DNA of 64,000 nucleotides, taken from assembly GCF_044704955.1 (NCBI RefSeq), contig NC_091997.1, positions 34,658,001 to 34,722,000 of the forward strand, in the 5' to 3' direction. The notes beneath the pieces are model-generated. The model did not search any database, was not told where the DNA came from, and worked only from the letters and a program-made list of their open reading frames with translations. Origin of the DNA: Pristiophorus japonicus. Lineage: Eukaryota. Positions 33,827 through 47,734 of this stretch are shown piece by piece (the first letter of the stretch is position 1; each line of letters opens with the position of its first letter). The translations under genes and the position numbers were made by a program.

Positions 33827-34052
33827 CTCCAGCTTCAAGCTGCCTCTGTTATCAGGGAGACACTGCTGTTTAAATCTCCCTCCAGCTGCTCCAGGCCTGC
33901 GCTGCCTCCGTTGTCAGGGAGACGCTGATGTTTAAATCTCCCTCCAGCTGCTCCAGGCTTGAGCTGCCTCCGTTATCAGGGAGTCACTGATGTTTAAATC
34001 TCCCAGCTGCTCCAGGCTCGAGCCACCTTATTGTCAGGGAGACGCTGATATT
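33827..34052. repeat. About 61-bp minisatellite, about 3.7 copies
   Basis: ctccaggc..gagctgcctccgttatcagggagacgctgatgtttaaatctccctccagctg repeated. Confidence 0.85.
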
Positions 34053-34167
34053 TATATGTTTTATTTTTATGCGAATGGAATTTACATCACATGAAACAGG
34101 CCATTCGACCCAACTGGTCTGTGCTGGTGTTTACGCACTACACGAGCCTCCTCCCACACTACTTCAC

Positions 34168-34607
34168 CTGGGATGGGAGGGTTGTCCTATAAGCAGAGAT
34201 TGAGTAGATCGGGCTAGAGTTTAGAAGGATGAAAGGTGATTTTGAAGGGTGATTGACAGGGTAGATGCTGAGAGGTTGTTTCCCCAGACTGGAAAGTCTA
34301 GAAGTAGGGGGTCATAGTCTCAGGATAAGGGATCAGCCATTTAAAACTGAGCTCAGGAGGAATTTCTTCACTCAGAGGAATGTGAATCTTTGGAATTCTC
34401 TGCCCCTACAGCTGTGGATGCTGAGTCATTGAGTATATTCAAGGCTGAGATAGATGGATTTTTGGACTCTAAGAGAATCAAGGGATACGGAGGTCAGGCG
34501 GGAAAGTGGAGTTAAGGTTAAAGATCAGCCATGATCTTATTGAATGGCGGAGCTGGCTCGAGGGGCCTTATGTCCTACTCCTGCTTCTAATTCTTATGCT
34601 TTTATGT
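34168..34607 (+). mobile_element. CR1 3' fragment
   Basis: Matches other CR1 3' ends (gatcagccatgatcttattgaatggcgg). Confidence 0.75.
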
Positions 34608-35627
34608 ACCTCACCCTATCAGCATATTTCTCCCTCATGTTACTTATCTAGCCTCCCCTTAAATGTTGCTGTAATGACAGTGAAGTCATTGATCCAGTCA
34701 CTGGTTGGGATGGAACTGGCTAGAGGCAGCGCCAGTTGACTGTGTACATGTCCTGGCTGGAATCCCAGACTCACCTAGTGAGACTCCGAGTTTAATTCTA
34801 TACCACACTTGATGACATCAATGCCACAAAATTATTTTTTGTGTTTCATCGAGATGATATCGCAGCAGAACCAGTTCACCGTGACCTCATCAGATCCGCG
34901 CTGCAATCCTGTGCGTCCATTACAGTGCACTGAACCACACTTGCATAAGCCGGTGTGATTACTGCGGTACACTTTCTTTTTATTCGTTCTGGGATGTGGG
35001 CGTCGCAGACAAGGCCAGCATTTATTGCCCATCCCTAATTGCCCTTGAGAAGTTGGTGGTGAGCTGCCTTCTTGAACTGCTGCAGTCCGTGTGGTGAAGG
35101 GCATCCCACAGTGCTGTTATAGAGGCAGTTCCAGGATTTTGACCCAGTGACGATGAATGAACGGCGATATATTTCCAAGTCAGGATGGTGTGTAACTTGC
35201 ACCAGGTAATGTGGTTACAAAACCTCCCTAGTAGGTATAGCTCAGTGCTGCAAGGGGCCAAAACCTTGGCCCTTCAGGGAAGCTGGAGACTCAGGCTAGG
35301 AGCTACTTCTGCTCCGCCCATCTAACTTTACCGGAAATGCAACGTTCAGCGGTGGCTTGGTGTCAACATTTGTTTGATTACCCTCCTGTGAAGCGCCTTG
35401 GGTTGTTTTACTATGTTAAAGGCACTATATAAATGCAAGTTTCCACCCCACATTCCATGGAGCGGGTGCAGCTCTATCTCAGGGTAGATAGAGAGAAACC
35501 TTTTCCACAGGTATGGGAGTTTAGGGCAAGGGGACATAACCTTAAAATCAGAGCCAGGCCATTCAAGAAGCAGCTTTACAGAGGGCTGAAGGCTGAGGTC
35601 AACAAAAAACCCGTGACCTAATAAACA

Positions 35628-36315
35628 GATGGTGGGTGGAGAAAGCACACGAAATCCAGCAGTTAGCCGACAACCACGATGTGCGTGGATTCTTCAGTGC
35701 AGTCAAGACCACCTACAGCCCAAGCACCCAAGGCCCTACCCCACTGCTGGCCAAGAACTGTGAGGTACTCATCAGGGACAGAGAGGCAGTCAGTGCCCGT
35801 TGGAAGGAGCATTTCGAAAATCTCCTTAACCGAGACTGTCTTCGACGCGAGTGTCCTCGACTCCATCCCGAAGCATGCTACGCGCCACCATCTCAGCACA
35901 ACCCCAACACGGCATGATGTAGAAAAGGTTATCCATCAGCTAAAGAATAACAAGGCAACAGGAGCAAATGGAATTCCCGCCAAATCACTAAAACATGGCA
36001 GAGAAGCACTATTGGCACAAATGCATGACCTCATTTTCTTATCTGGAAGGAGAAGAGCATGCCAGATCTCAAGGACACCGTAATCATGACCATCTTCAAA
36101 AAAAGGGACAAGTCCGACTGCGGTAACTACAGAGGAATCTCCCTGCTGTCAGCCACAGGGAAAGTCATCGCAAGAATCCTCCTCAATCGTCTTCCCCCTG
36201 TGGCTGAAGAACTCCTCCCAGAGTCACAATGCGGATTCCATCTACGAAGGGGTACAACGGACATGATCTTCACCACGCAACAACTACAAGAGAAATGCAG
36301 GGAACAGCATCAATC
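35628..36315 (+). mobile_element. RTE-clade LINE RT fragment
   Basis: RWKEHFENLLN, DCGNYRGISLLSATGKVIARILLNRL, LPESQCGF, QLQEKCREQ. Confidence 0.85.
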
Positions 36316-36321
36316 CTTGTG

Positions 36322-37905
36322 GTAGTGAGGTAGAGCTGGGTGTCATCAGCGTACTTGTGTAAACTACGCTGTGTTTCCGGATGATGTCGCCAAGGGACAA
36401 CATGTAGATGAGAAATAGGAGGGGGCCAAAGATAGATCCTTGGGAGATGCCAGAGGTAACGATGCGGGAGTGGGAAGAGAAGCCGTTGCAGATGATTCTC
36501 TGGCTACGATTAGATAGATAAGAATGGAACCAGGCGAGTGCAGTTCCACCCAGCAGGACGACGGTGGAGAGGCATTGGAGAAGGATAGAGTGGTCAACCA
36601 TGTCAAAGGCTGCAGACAAGTCAAGAAGGACGAGGAGGGATAGTTTGCCTTTGTCACAGTCACAAAGGAGGTCATTTGTGACTTTGATGAGAGCCGTTTC
36701 GGTACTGTGGCAGGCACGGAAATCGGATTGGAGGGATTCAAACATGGAATTGCAGGAAAGATGGGCACGGATTTGGGAGGCAACAACACGTTCAAGGACT
36801 TTGGAGAGGAAAGGGAGGTTGGAGATGGGATGCTAGTTTGCAAGGACGGAAGGATCGAGGGTTGTTTTTTTTGGGAGGGGGGATGACAGCAGATTTGAGG
36901 GAGAGGGGGACAGTACCTAAGAAGAGAGCCTTTAACAATGTCGGCTAACATGGGAGCCAGAAAAGGAAGTTGGGTGGTCAGCAGTTTGATGGGAATAGGG
37001 TCAAGGGAGCAGGAAGTGGGTCTCATGGACAGGATGAGCTCGGAAAGGTCATGAGGGGAGATCGGAGAGAAACTGGAAAAAGATGCGAGGTCAGAGCTAG
37101 GGCAGGGGGCTTCCTTGGAGGAAGTTCGGTCCGGTGGGCTATGGGAAGGGAAGAGACAGCTGAGCGGGTGGTCTCAATCTTAGAGTCAAAGAAGTCCATG
37201 AGCTCCTCACACTTATTGTCGGAGATGAGGGTGGAGACTGGGGAGAGGGCTTTAACAGTGGAGAATAGAAGCCGGGGTTTACCTTTACATTTCAGAATGA
37301 TCCTGGAATAGTGAGCGATTTTGGCAGACGAGGGTAGGACTCGATAGTGCTTTATGTGGTTCAGCCAGATCTGGCGGTGAATGGCTAAACCAATTGTCCG
37401 TCATATCCGTTCAAGTCCCTTGGACTTAAGGGAGCGAAGATCAGGGCTGTACCTCGGGGAATGGCCAGGGTGAGAGAGTAATTGTTTTAACAAGGACTGG
37501 GGCCTCAACATTGGTGGTGAGGGTGTGATGGAGCAGATCGGTAGCTGTAGAAATGTCATGGTGAATGGAGGGACAGTTGGGAGTTGATAAGTGCAGCTGT
37601 AAGAGAGTCGGGAGAGAGTTTTATCCAGGGCCGGACACAGGAGGAGGTGGGGGGTGGGGGTGCAGAGCGATACGAGGAAGTGGTCAGAGATGGCCTTATC
37701 TGCAATTGACACGATGGGAGTAGCGAAGCCATGAGAGATGGCAAGGTCGAGGGGCTGGCTGTGAATATGGGTTGTGGAGTTTACATGGAGGGCGAGATTA
37801 AGGGAGGATAGGAGGCTAGTGAGCTCAGGGGAGAGAGAGCATGGTGAATTGAGATGGAGGTTAAAATCACCGAGGATGAGAAGTCGTTCGGTGCAGAGGC
37901 AAGTA
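36322..37905 (-). mobile_element. L2-clade LINE ORF2 fragment
   Basis: LLILGDFNLHL, ISDHFLV, SCSLDPIP, HSTETALIKVTND, LDLSAAFD. Confidence 0.88.
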
Positions 37906-38154
37906 GAGCCTCCTGGGGGTAGAATTAAGTGCAACAAACAAAGGTTTATTTATAATTTAGATTTATAAAAATGACCACTTGTTTACAAGGGCAGTACTTT
38001 AAAAATTAACAGAAATATAATTTACCTATAAAAACAAAGAAGTTCGTTACACTGAGATCTGCTTCTAGACATTGTCACATCAACGGAGATGGGGAGGAAG
38101 GGTTATTCTTGACATGTTTCACTCATTCTTTGACATTACACCTTCTGCCGTCTC

Positions 38155-38489
38155 TTAATTTTCTCTTTGAACTTCTTCCGCCATGCCTCCTTTTGCCAAC
38201 ACATCTTCCGGTGTCTCTTCATTATCTGTTTCAGCTTCTTCAGCTGCCTCTCCTATTTCTGCCGCTTCTGACGTCCCTCCTTTTTCTGATGCATCTTCCA
38301 GTGTCTCTTCATTATCTGTTTCAGCTTTTACTGCCGCCGCTCCTATTCCTGCCGCTTCTGACGTCCCTCCTTTTTCCGACACATCTTCCGGTGTCTCTTC
38401 ATTATCTGTTTCAGCTTCTTCAGCTGCCTCTCCATTTTCTGTCACTTCTTCCACTGTGGCTTCTGTGTTATCACTTTGTGCCTTTGTCT
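38155..38489 (-). CDS. Putative terminal exon of an unknown gene; acidic 30-aa repeat protein
   Basis: Acceptor TTTTCTCCGCAG; open frame with about 3 in-frame 90-bp repeats; TAA at 38155; AATAAA at 37945-37950 followed by a GT-rich stretch. Confidence 0.6.
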
Positions 38490-38984
38490 CTGCGGAGAAA
38501 ATCTTAAGATGTAAAAGCCGCAACTTAAAAATTTTAGGAGCAGAAAGGGGCTTTTACAACCACTTTCCTTATTTATCTTTTCAGTAAACCCGAGTGGGTT
38601 GGTGGTTTTACAAATGCACTTATTATATTTCCTATATTTCTTTTCTGGTCAGCGCACTGATCACTGTTCCATTTAACAAATATTCTTTCTTGATTTCTTG
38701 CTCCCATATTAATGGTTTCATACTGGCCAACATTGAACAGTTTCTGCCACCTATTGACCCCGTTATCCAAGAGTCACACACATGCACAAACCTACTTACT
38801 TTCACCATTAATTCATGGGAAAACTTACTTTCACCAATCAAACACCAACCACTGACAGGTACGATATTTACTGGGAGGGATAGTTAGGAAATACACAAGT
38901 TCTATATCTTGTTACAACACACTAGACAATAGTAAATATTTGCCTGTGGAATACCATCCTTTACGAGACTTAATTAATTATGCA

Positions 38985-39613
38985 GAATATATTGGCCTTT
39001 ATTTCAATGCGATTAGAGTACAAGAGTAAGGAAGTCTTACTACAATTGTACAGAGGTTTGGTGAGACCACACCTGGAGTATTTTGCACAGTTGTGGTCTC
39101 CTTATCTGAGAAAGGACATATATGCCTTTGAGGCGGTGCAACGAAGGTTCACTAGATTGATCCCTGGGATGTGAGACTTGTTCTATGAGAAGAGATTTAG
39201 TAGATACTCTGGAGTTTAGAAGAATGAGAGGTGATCTCATTGAAATATATAAGATTCTGAGGGGAATTGACAGGGTAGATGCTGAGAGTTTGTTTCCCCT
39301 GGCTGGAGAGTCTAGAAGTAGGGGTCATAGTCTCAAGATAGGGGTCGGCCTTTTAGGACTGAGATGAGGAGAAATGTCTTTGTTCAGAGTGTTGGGAATC
39401 TTTGGAATTCTCTACCCCAGAAGGCTGTGGATGCCCAGTCGTTGAGTATATTCAAGGCTGAGGTAGATACATTTTTGGACTCTAGGGGAATCGAGGGATA
39501 TCTGGGATCGGGCGGGAGGGTGGAGTTGAGATTGAAGATCAGCCACAATCTCATTGAATGGCGGAGCAGGCTCGAGGGGCCGAATGGCCTACTCCAGCTC
39601 CTATTTCTTATGT
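38985..39613 (+). mobile_element. CR1 3' fragment
   Basis: ILAFIS...RPHLEYFAQLW, RMRGDLIE. Confidence 0.82.
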
Positions 39614-40071
39614 AATATTATTCCTTTCAGCCCACTAGATCCTAATTTGTGCAGAAATGGATCATTCCTGTGATGTACATGCTGCACATTTATATAATCC
39701 TTAGTACTCAAGATTCACTTTGTTAAAAACCATGGCCCATTATGTTGAAAGCTTCAGTCATATATTTGCTTACCTGCTCTGAACAATTATTGCTTGCCCG
39801 ATAATATCTGTAACTACAGCAAGAACCTCGTGTTCTGTTGGTCACCAATGCTGCACTGGACAGTGACCAGAGGTTAAGGCCCATTTGAAGGAAGGTTTAA
39901 TTCCTTCCCTATGTAAAAGAAGTGTTTAATTACAGACCTTATCTGCTGCCACAGGTTGTTTTGAAACTATTTTAATTCACTAAAGGAAAAAGGAAACCTC
40001 AGGGACAGTCCTTTTGTATAAAACAATGTTCTCTCCAATTGTCTTTTACCTTCAAACAGAGGTTATAAAAA

Positions 40072-41292
40072 TATAAGAACATAAGAAATAGGAACAGGAG
40101 TAGGCCATACGGCCCCCCGAGCCTGCTCCGCCATTCATGGCTGATCTGATCATGGACTCAGCTCCACTTCCCTGCCCGCCCTCTTATCCCCTTATCGTTG
40201 AAGAAACTGTCTATTTCTGTCTTAAATTTATTCAATGACCCAGCTTCCACAGCTCTCTGAGGCAGCGAATTCCACAGATTTACAACCCTTTGAGAGAAGA
40301 AATTTCTCCTCATCTCAGTCTTAAATGGGCGGCCCCTTATTCTAAGATCATGTCCTCTAGTTCTAGTCTCCCCCATCAGTGGAAACATCCTCTCTGCGTC
40401 CATCTTGTCAAACCCCCTCATAATCTTATATGTTTCGATAAGATCACCTCTCATTCTTCTGAATTCTAATGAGTAGAGGCTCAACCTACTCAACCTTTCC
40501 TCATAAGTAAACCCCCTCATCCCCGGAATCAATCTAGTGAACCTTCTCTGAACTGCCTCCAAAGCAAGTATATCCTTTCATAAATATGGAAACCAAAACT
40601 GCACGCAGTATTCCAGGTGTGGCTTCACCAATGCCCTGTATAGCGGGAGCAAGACTTCCCTGCTTTTATACTCCATCCCCTTTGCAATAAATGCCAAGAT
40701 TCCATTGACCTTCCTGATCACTTGCTGTATCTGCATACTATCCTTTTGTGTTTCATGCACAAGTACCCCGAGGTCCCGCTGTACTGCGGCACTTTGCAAT
40801 TTTTCTCCATTTAAATAATAACTTGCTCTTTGATTTTTTTTCTGCCAAAGTGCATGACCTCACACTTTCCAACATTATACTCCATCTGCCAAATTTTTGC
40901 CCACTCACTTATCCTGTCTATGCCCTTTTGCAGATTTTTTGTGTCCTCCTCACACATTGCTTTTCCTCCCATCTTTGTATCGTCAGCAAACTTGGCTATG
41001 TTACACTCAGTCCCTTCTTCCAAGTCGTTAATATAGATTGTAAATAGTTGGGGTCCCGGCACTGATCCCTGCAGCACCCCACTAGTTATTGATTGGCAAC
41101 CAGGGAATGAACCATTTATCCCGATTCTCTGTTTTCTGTTAGTTATCCAATCCTCTATCCATGCTAATATATTACCCCCAACCCTGTGAACTTTTATCTT
41201 GTGCAGTAATCTTTTATGTGGCACCTTCTCAAATGCCTTCTGGAAGTCCAAATACACCACATCCACTGGTTCCCTTTTATCCACCCTGTTCT
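40072..41292 (-). mobile_element. CR1 RT and 3' fragment
   Basis: YLDFQKAF, KFADD, TRGHDLRI; aagaacataagaa tail. Confidence 0.88.
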
Positions 41293-41629
41293 CAAACTTT
41301 ACTTATTTGAGTACCCCCTTCCAGATCTACCAGATGCCTGGGTATCCCTATCAGCATACAGGTTTTAGATTGGACAGTTGTTGGGAAACTGAAACCACGC
41401 TGTGGTGAACAGTGATTGGAGGTGAGGGCTCTGTACATCATTGTCTCTGTGTATCTGTGTTCTCATTGGCACATCGTGAAGTAAATTAACTACTTTATGT
41501 AACAAATTCCCATAGCGTTTTAAAGCTTCGTCTGAGTAACCTATTATAAAAACGCAATGTATAAAACAAATAATTAATACATAAAATCCACCATTAGACA
41601 ATTTCTCCCGCGATGTCTCCGCGTACCAT

Positions 41630-42778
41630 GTACTGAGTTTCCTTTGCGCATGCGTCTGTCAAGCTTTGCCCCCCCCCACCCCATCCGAATCATTCACGCC
41701 ATGTGGTGCCGAGAAACAGAACCTTAGGCCCGAGACTGCTGACCTGATCTTGGTGGGGTGCTGAGAGCAGCGGCGGGCAGAGAAGCAGCGGGGGGCCGAG
41801 AGGGGGGGGGTTGAAGAGAGGGAGACTGAGGGGAGAGAGAGGCTGGGCGAGAGGGGGAGGGAGAGAGGCTGGGGGAGGGAGAGAGAGAGAGAGAGAGGCT
41901 GGGGGAGGGGGAGAACTGGGGCGGGGGGGAAGAGAGAGAGAGAGGCTGGGGGAGAAGGAGAGAGAGAGAGAGAGGCTGGGGGAGAGAGAGAGAGAGAGGC
42001 TGGGGGAGAGAGAGAGAGGCTGGGGGAGAAGGGGAGAGAGAGAGAGGGTCTGGGGGAGAAGGGGAGAGAAAGAGAGAGACTGGGGGAGAGGGAGAGAGAG
42101 AGAGAGAGAGAGAGAATGGGGGAGAGAGAGACTGGTGGAGAGAGAGAGAGAGAGCGGCTGGGGGAGAGGGAGAGAGAGAGGCTGGAGGAGAGGGAGAGAG
42201 AGAGACTGGGGGTGGGGGGGAAGAGACTGGTAGAGAGAGAGAGAGGCTGGGGGAGAGGAGGAGGGGGGGCGGATGGTGGAGAGACATGGCTGGGGGGGAT
42301 CGGAGGCGAGAGAGGGAATTCAGGGAAGATGGATCACGTTCTTCCAACCCCCTACAAGGGACATTGTTGGAGTGGATGAAATCCAGAAGTCACTATTCAC
42401 TTCATACCCAATAAACCTGTTAACAATCCGTACACAATGCCCCATCTATGGTGGGGGTGGGGGGGGGGCGGGTGTAAGGAGGCACTTTGGCTGGGGGAGG
42501 CAGGCACTTGGACTGGGGTAAGGCACTTTGGTTGGGGGAGGCATGCACTTGGACTGGGGTATGGCACTTCGGCTGGGGGAGGCAGGCACTTGGACTGGGG
42601 TAAGGCACTTCGGCTGGGCCTTGCTGTTTCCTGGGGAGCTCTGTCCTCCGTCACTTCAGGAAGTCAAAGTGGATCGAGTTACAATTTGCAAAGTCAGTGA
42701 GACCTTGGGATGGGCGGTTCCAGTTACACATTCCAATGAAACTTGAGGATGTGGCTTATCCTCCAAAAGGACCAATCA
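41630..42778. repeat. Unclassified interspersed repeat (copy 2) with expanded GA-rich and G-rich internal tandem blocks
   Basis: Homologous to 26789-27527. Confidence 0.7.
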
Positions 42779-43138
42779 TAAAGAACATAAGAAGATAAGA
42801 ATTAGGAACAGGAGTAGGCCATCTAGCCCCTCGAGCCTGCTCCGCCATTCAACAAGATCATGGCTGATCTGGTCGTGGACTCAGCTCCACTTACCCGCCC
42901 GCTCCCCGTAACCCTTAATTCCCTTATTGGTTAAAAATCTATCTATCTGTGATTTGAATACATTCAATGAGCCAGCCTCAACTGCTTCCTTGGGCAGAGA
43001 ATTCCACAGATTCACAACCCTGTGGGAGAAGAAATTCCTTCTCAACTCGGTTTTAAATTGGCTCCCCCGTTTTTGAGGCTGTGCCCCCTAGTTCTAGTCT
43101 CCCCGACCAGTGGAAACAACCTCTCTGCCTCTATCTTG
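42779..43138 (-). mobile_element. CR1 3' fragment
   Basis: Reverse complement nearly identical to 62630-62985. Confidence 0.85.
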
Positions 43139-43954
43139 CTTCCTCGTAGTTCCCAACTGACCGTCAGGGATTCCGGAGACCTTTTGTGCACTACTTGCAT
43201 GGGGACTGAAAGGCAGCAGAGTTCTTTCCTGGCTGAATCTCCCAATAATTCTTAGCGCAGTTTACCTCTTCTCCTGCACACCCGGAAGAGAAACATCGGT
43301 AGGTTTTGCGAGGAGGCTTTGCTGGTTGTCTATTAATATTTATTGTCCATGAAGAGATATATAATGCTATGTATGTGGAAATTTGAAGTGAGAGTCTGCG
43401 GACAATACAACAGTGACTATTTAATTGGCTGTGAAATGCATTGGAACGTCCAGAGGATGTGAAAAGCACCATATAAATGCAGGTTCTTTCTATTTATATA
43501 GCACCTTACAACATCTCAGAAATGTCCCAAAGCACTTCGCGTACAATGACTAACATTTTGTAGTTACTGTTGTTCTGCACGTAAACATGGCAGACATTTT
43601 GCACACAGCAAAATCCCACAAACAGCAGTAAGATGCATGACCAGTTGTTCTGTTTTTGGTGGTATTGATTGAGGGAGGTATGCTGGCTAGGACACTGGAA
43701 GAACTCCCTCCTTTTCCTCAAATAGTACCACGGGATCTTTAACAACCAGCTGAACAGGCAACCAGGACCTTGGTTTAACATCTTATCCGAAAAATGAGAC
43801 GTCCAAAGAAATGCTACACTCTCATTAAGAACCAGTGACTGCTCTTTACGTGCAGAAAGAAACATATGCCTTAAAATAGTGGATGGAGGAACTTACAGGA
43901 GCATATCACATTACATCATTTCACCCCATCAGATGAAGTAACATACATGAAAAA

Positions 43955-44352
43955 GGACTGGTATTTATACAGCATCTTTCACAGCCTGAGGATGACTCAA
44001 AGCGCTTTACCACCAATGAAGTACTTTTTGAAGTGTAGTTACTGTTGTACTGTAGGAAATGCTGCAAGCAATTTGCGCACAGCAAGCTCCCACAAATAGC
44101 GATGTGATAATCACCAGATAATCTGTTTTTAGTGATGTTGTTTGAGGGATCAATATTGGCCCCAGGACACCGGGGAGAACTTCCCTGCTCTTCTTCAAAT
44201 AGTGCCGTGGGATATTTTACATTCACCTGAGAGCTCCTCCAACAGTACAGTACTCCCTCAGTATTGCAGCCTAGATTATGGGCCCAAGTCTCTGGAGCGG
44301 GACTTGAACCCACGACCATCTGAGGCGAGAGTGCTGCCCACTGAGCCACAGC
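43955..44352 (-). mobile_element. DeuSINE copy (a further degraded copy at about 43490-43810)
   Basis: Same consensus as the other SINEs. Confidence 0.72.
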
Positions 44353-44973
44353 TTGCACAGCTAACCCAGACTGTGTTCGCCCCTCGCTTCTCCAAATACA
44401 TTTGTGCTGATCATGGCTTGGGGGAGGAACTCTGTATAATTAAATTTTTCCTGCTATAAAATCATTAACACCAAATGCAAACATAATCCAAGATGCACTG
44501 TTTTAAATGGGAGCTAAAGGAAATGGGTTCGTTCTTCTCTGAGTTTAAGCCCAGCCAAGATTGATGGAATGCAAGTCTCCTCTGCTGACTGTAAGAAATC
44601 TGTGCGTAACGCCACCTTATTTACACTGCTGGTGCCGGCTCCTTTGCACAAATGTATTTTATATTTTGAAGGAGAAGGAACAATCCCCTGAAATAACAAT
44701 CACATTGAAACATGGAGTCTGCTGGGAGCTCAACGTAACACCAACATTCAGCACATGCTATGTGCTGCCCCAAACTACTGCGTTTGCAGATTCATCTGCT
44801 CCAGACAGCACTGTGCAGGGTGAGTGCAGGTTATCTCCCTGAGGCAGGAACAGAATATCAGAGGGGCGGTTGTGACTGGGACAGCTCATGAGCGTCTCTG
44901 AACAGATTAAGGTTGTTTATGGAACGCTCAGAGTAAGTCACCACCTGCCTTGGTGGCGAGAGTTCGAGTTTAG

Positions 44974-45357
44974 ACCCAGGGAGACTGAACCCAGGGACCC
45001 AGGGAGACTGAACCCAGGGACCCAGGGAGACTGGACCTGGGACCCAGGGAGACTGGACCCGGGACCCAGGGAGACTTGACCAGAGACACTGGACGCGAGG
45101 AGGCTGGAACCGGGGAGACTGGGCCCGGGGACACTGGAGTTAGAACTGGTCCCAGAGAGATCGGCTTTAGAGCAGGAGCCAAGGAGACTGGACCCAGGGA
45201 CATTGGACCAAAGACACTGGACCCAGGGACCCAGGGAGGCTGGACCCAGGGACACTAGCATTAGAACTGGTCCCAGAGAGGCCGGTTTTAGAGCAGGATC
45301 CAGGGACACTGGAATTAGAACTGGTCCCAGAGAGAGAGCACAACCCAGGGAGACTGA
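44974..45357. repeat. Compound minisatellite (acccagggagactg[a/g] units)
   Basis: Repeated cccagggagactgaa / cccagggacactgga units of variable length. Confidence 0.85.
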
Positions 45358-45948
45358 AGGCAGGTGCTGCAGTAATGAGGTGCGTTGTGCTGTTATCAAG
45401 CAGAATTTCGCCTGAGCTGGTTTGCAAAATGAACAACACAGAACAAATTTGCTCAGTTATATTTTTCCAGTAACAAAGTAACAGGAGGAAATCTGCAGGG
45501 ATGACAGGAAAAGCAGGATTTTAATCAGGATTCGGGGACTGAGAACAAAATAAGAAGGAGGAAGATAAATGTGTGACGTGATATAACCACAGCCTGTCGG
45601 TAATTATGCGCTTCTTACTGGCTACACTAGCAACCTACCATCAGAAAAAAAACTGCTCTCAGTATTTTCAGGCAATTGATCTTCAATCTGGCTGTCATCT
45701 ATTATAGGAAAACACGAGGTTACATAAAATATAGTCAACTGGATGAGCTCTATTCATTACTGAAGAAAGACTTGCACCTTATAATGCGTTTTATCCAATT
45801 CAGAAACATCTCTTAGTGCTTTGCACACAATTAATTAAATTGAAATGCAGTGATTGTTGTTTGCAGCCATTTTTCACACAGCTAGTTCCCAGAAACAGAA
45901 CAAGATGGATGAACTGTTGTTGCTGGTGATTAATGGGGAAACCTTGGC

Positions 45949-46696
45949 CATAGAAACATAGAAAATAGATGCAGGAGTAGGCCATTCGGCCCTTTGAGCC
46001 TGCACCACCGTTCAATAAGATCATGGCTGATCATTCACCTCAGTACCCTTTTCCCGCTTTTTCTCCTTTTTCTTCTTGATCCCTTTAACTGTAAGAGCCA
46101 TATCTAACTCCCTCTTGAATATATCCAATGAACTGGCATCAACAACTCTCTGCGGCAGGGAATTCCACAGGTTAACAACTCTCTGAATGAAGAAGTTTCT
46201 CCTCATCTCAGTCCTAAATGGCTTACTCCTTATCCTTAGACCATGTCCCCTGGTTCTGGACTTCCCCAAATCGGGAACATTCTTCCTGCATCTAACCTGT
46301 CCAGTCCCGTCAGAATTTTATATGTTCCGATGAGATCCCCTCTCATCCTTCTAAACTCCAGTGAATACAGGCCCAGTCAATCCAGTCTCTCCTCATTTGT
46401 CAGTCCTGCCATCCCGGGAATCAGTCTGGTGAACCTTCGCTGCACTCCCTCAATAGCAAGAACGTCCTTCCTCAGATTAGGAGACCAAAACTGAACACAA
46501 TATTCCAGATGAGGCCTCACTAAGGCCCTATACAACTGCAGTAAGACCTCCCTGCTCCTATACTCAAATCGCCTAGCTATGAAGGCCAACATGCCATTTG
46601 CCTTCTTCACCATTTGCTGTACCTGTATGCCAACTTTCAATGACTGATGTACCATGACACCCAGGTCTCGTTGCACCTCCCCTTTTCCTAATCTGA
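45949..46696 (-). mobile_element. CR1 3' fragment, same subfamily as 20826-25457
   Basis: QRDLGVMVHQSLKV...; catagaaacatagaaa tail. Confidence 0.9.
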
Positions 46697-47734
46697 CACT
46701 GGGAGAACACTTTGCTCTTCTCTGAAGGGTGGCATGGGATCTTCCATATCCAGGAGAACAGGCAGATCCGGGCTTGAATTTAATGTCAGTACCTCTGACA
46801 ATGCAGCACTGCGTTGGAGTGCCAGCCTAGGCTTGGGGGGGGGGGGGGGGGGAGTGAATTTTCTCAGGGCTTCTCCTGCTCTTCTGGCGAGAGTTCGGCG
46901 GAAACCCTGTTAATCTGCATAAACAGGGTTCCGCCAAAAATGGGGAGGGGGAAAAGCCCAGGGGAAATTCCCCCTCTATGTTCTTAATCATGGGAGAGGG
47001 GCTTGGGCCCACAGCCTCCTGCCTCAGAAACTAACAACTGAGCCGACCTTTAACTAAAGGTCAAAGGCTCTGCAGAACTCCAAACAAATGGAAATATGAC
47101 TGTTGCTTTGATATAACATGCTTATACCTGCTAGTCCACCAATGGGACTCAGTGTAAACAAGGTATTAGTCAGTACTGCACAGAGTCCCAGTTCATTAAT
47201 CAGCATTGGAGTCTGGGGGTGCAGGTGGTACCATTTACATTGCCACCCTCTCGGGGCACCTCATTAAGGCAAGTTTGCATTGAATTAAGCTGCGATTGCA
47301 TTGAGACCCAGAGGCCATTGGCAGGCTATCTGAGCAGCAGTGAGCGGAGTGATGAGTCACAGCTTTGATTCCCCTGCGCTGTTGAGATGCATCACTTTGA
47401 GGAGCCGTACTTCAGATGCCGATCCTTACTCCACAAAGGTGAAGTGTAATGAGCATCACATTGAGAATGCCGCCCCACCCCTCCAGAGCAATACAAGCTG
47501 TGATCAAGGAGCAGTCTGGCTGCCTAACGGCTGAGAAGGAATCTTGCCCAACAATGGAAACCCATGGAACCATGAGATACCCAATATGAAACCATGCCTG
47601 GTTACTATGCGAGTCCGTAGGTACACTGTGTCCTCATTATAACAATAGCTATTGTACTACTGCTTTTTTTTCAAGCTATAAAACCGGCTACCAGCACCCC
47701 AATTCAGAAGGGGAGGCAATTTTACCATTACAAA

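Noticed and set aside
39774-39807. 34-nt minus-strand micro-exon with a strong GTAAGC donor
   Set aside because: Length breaks frame between the two candidate exons and the phase-0 reading has a stop; unsupported without RNA data
44938-45399. 153-aa SLGP-repeat ORF as an exon of the candidate gene
   Set aside because: Explained by a minisatellite with irregular unit lengths; splice signals are weak
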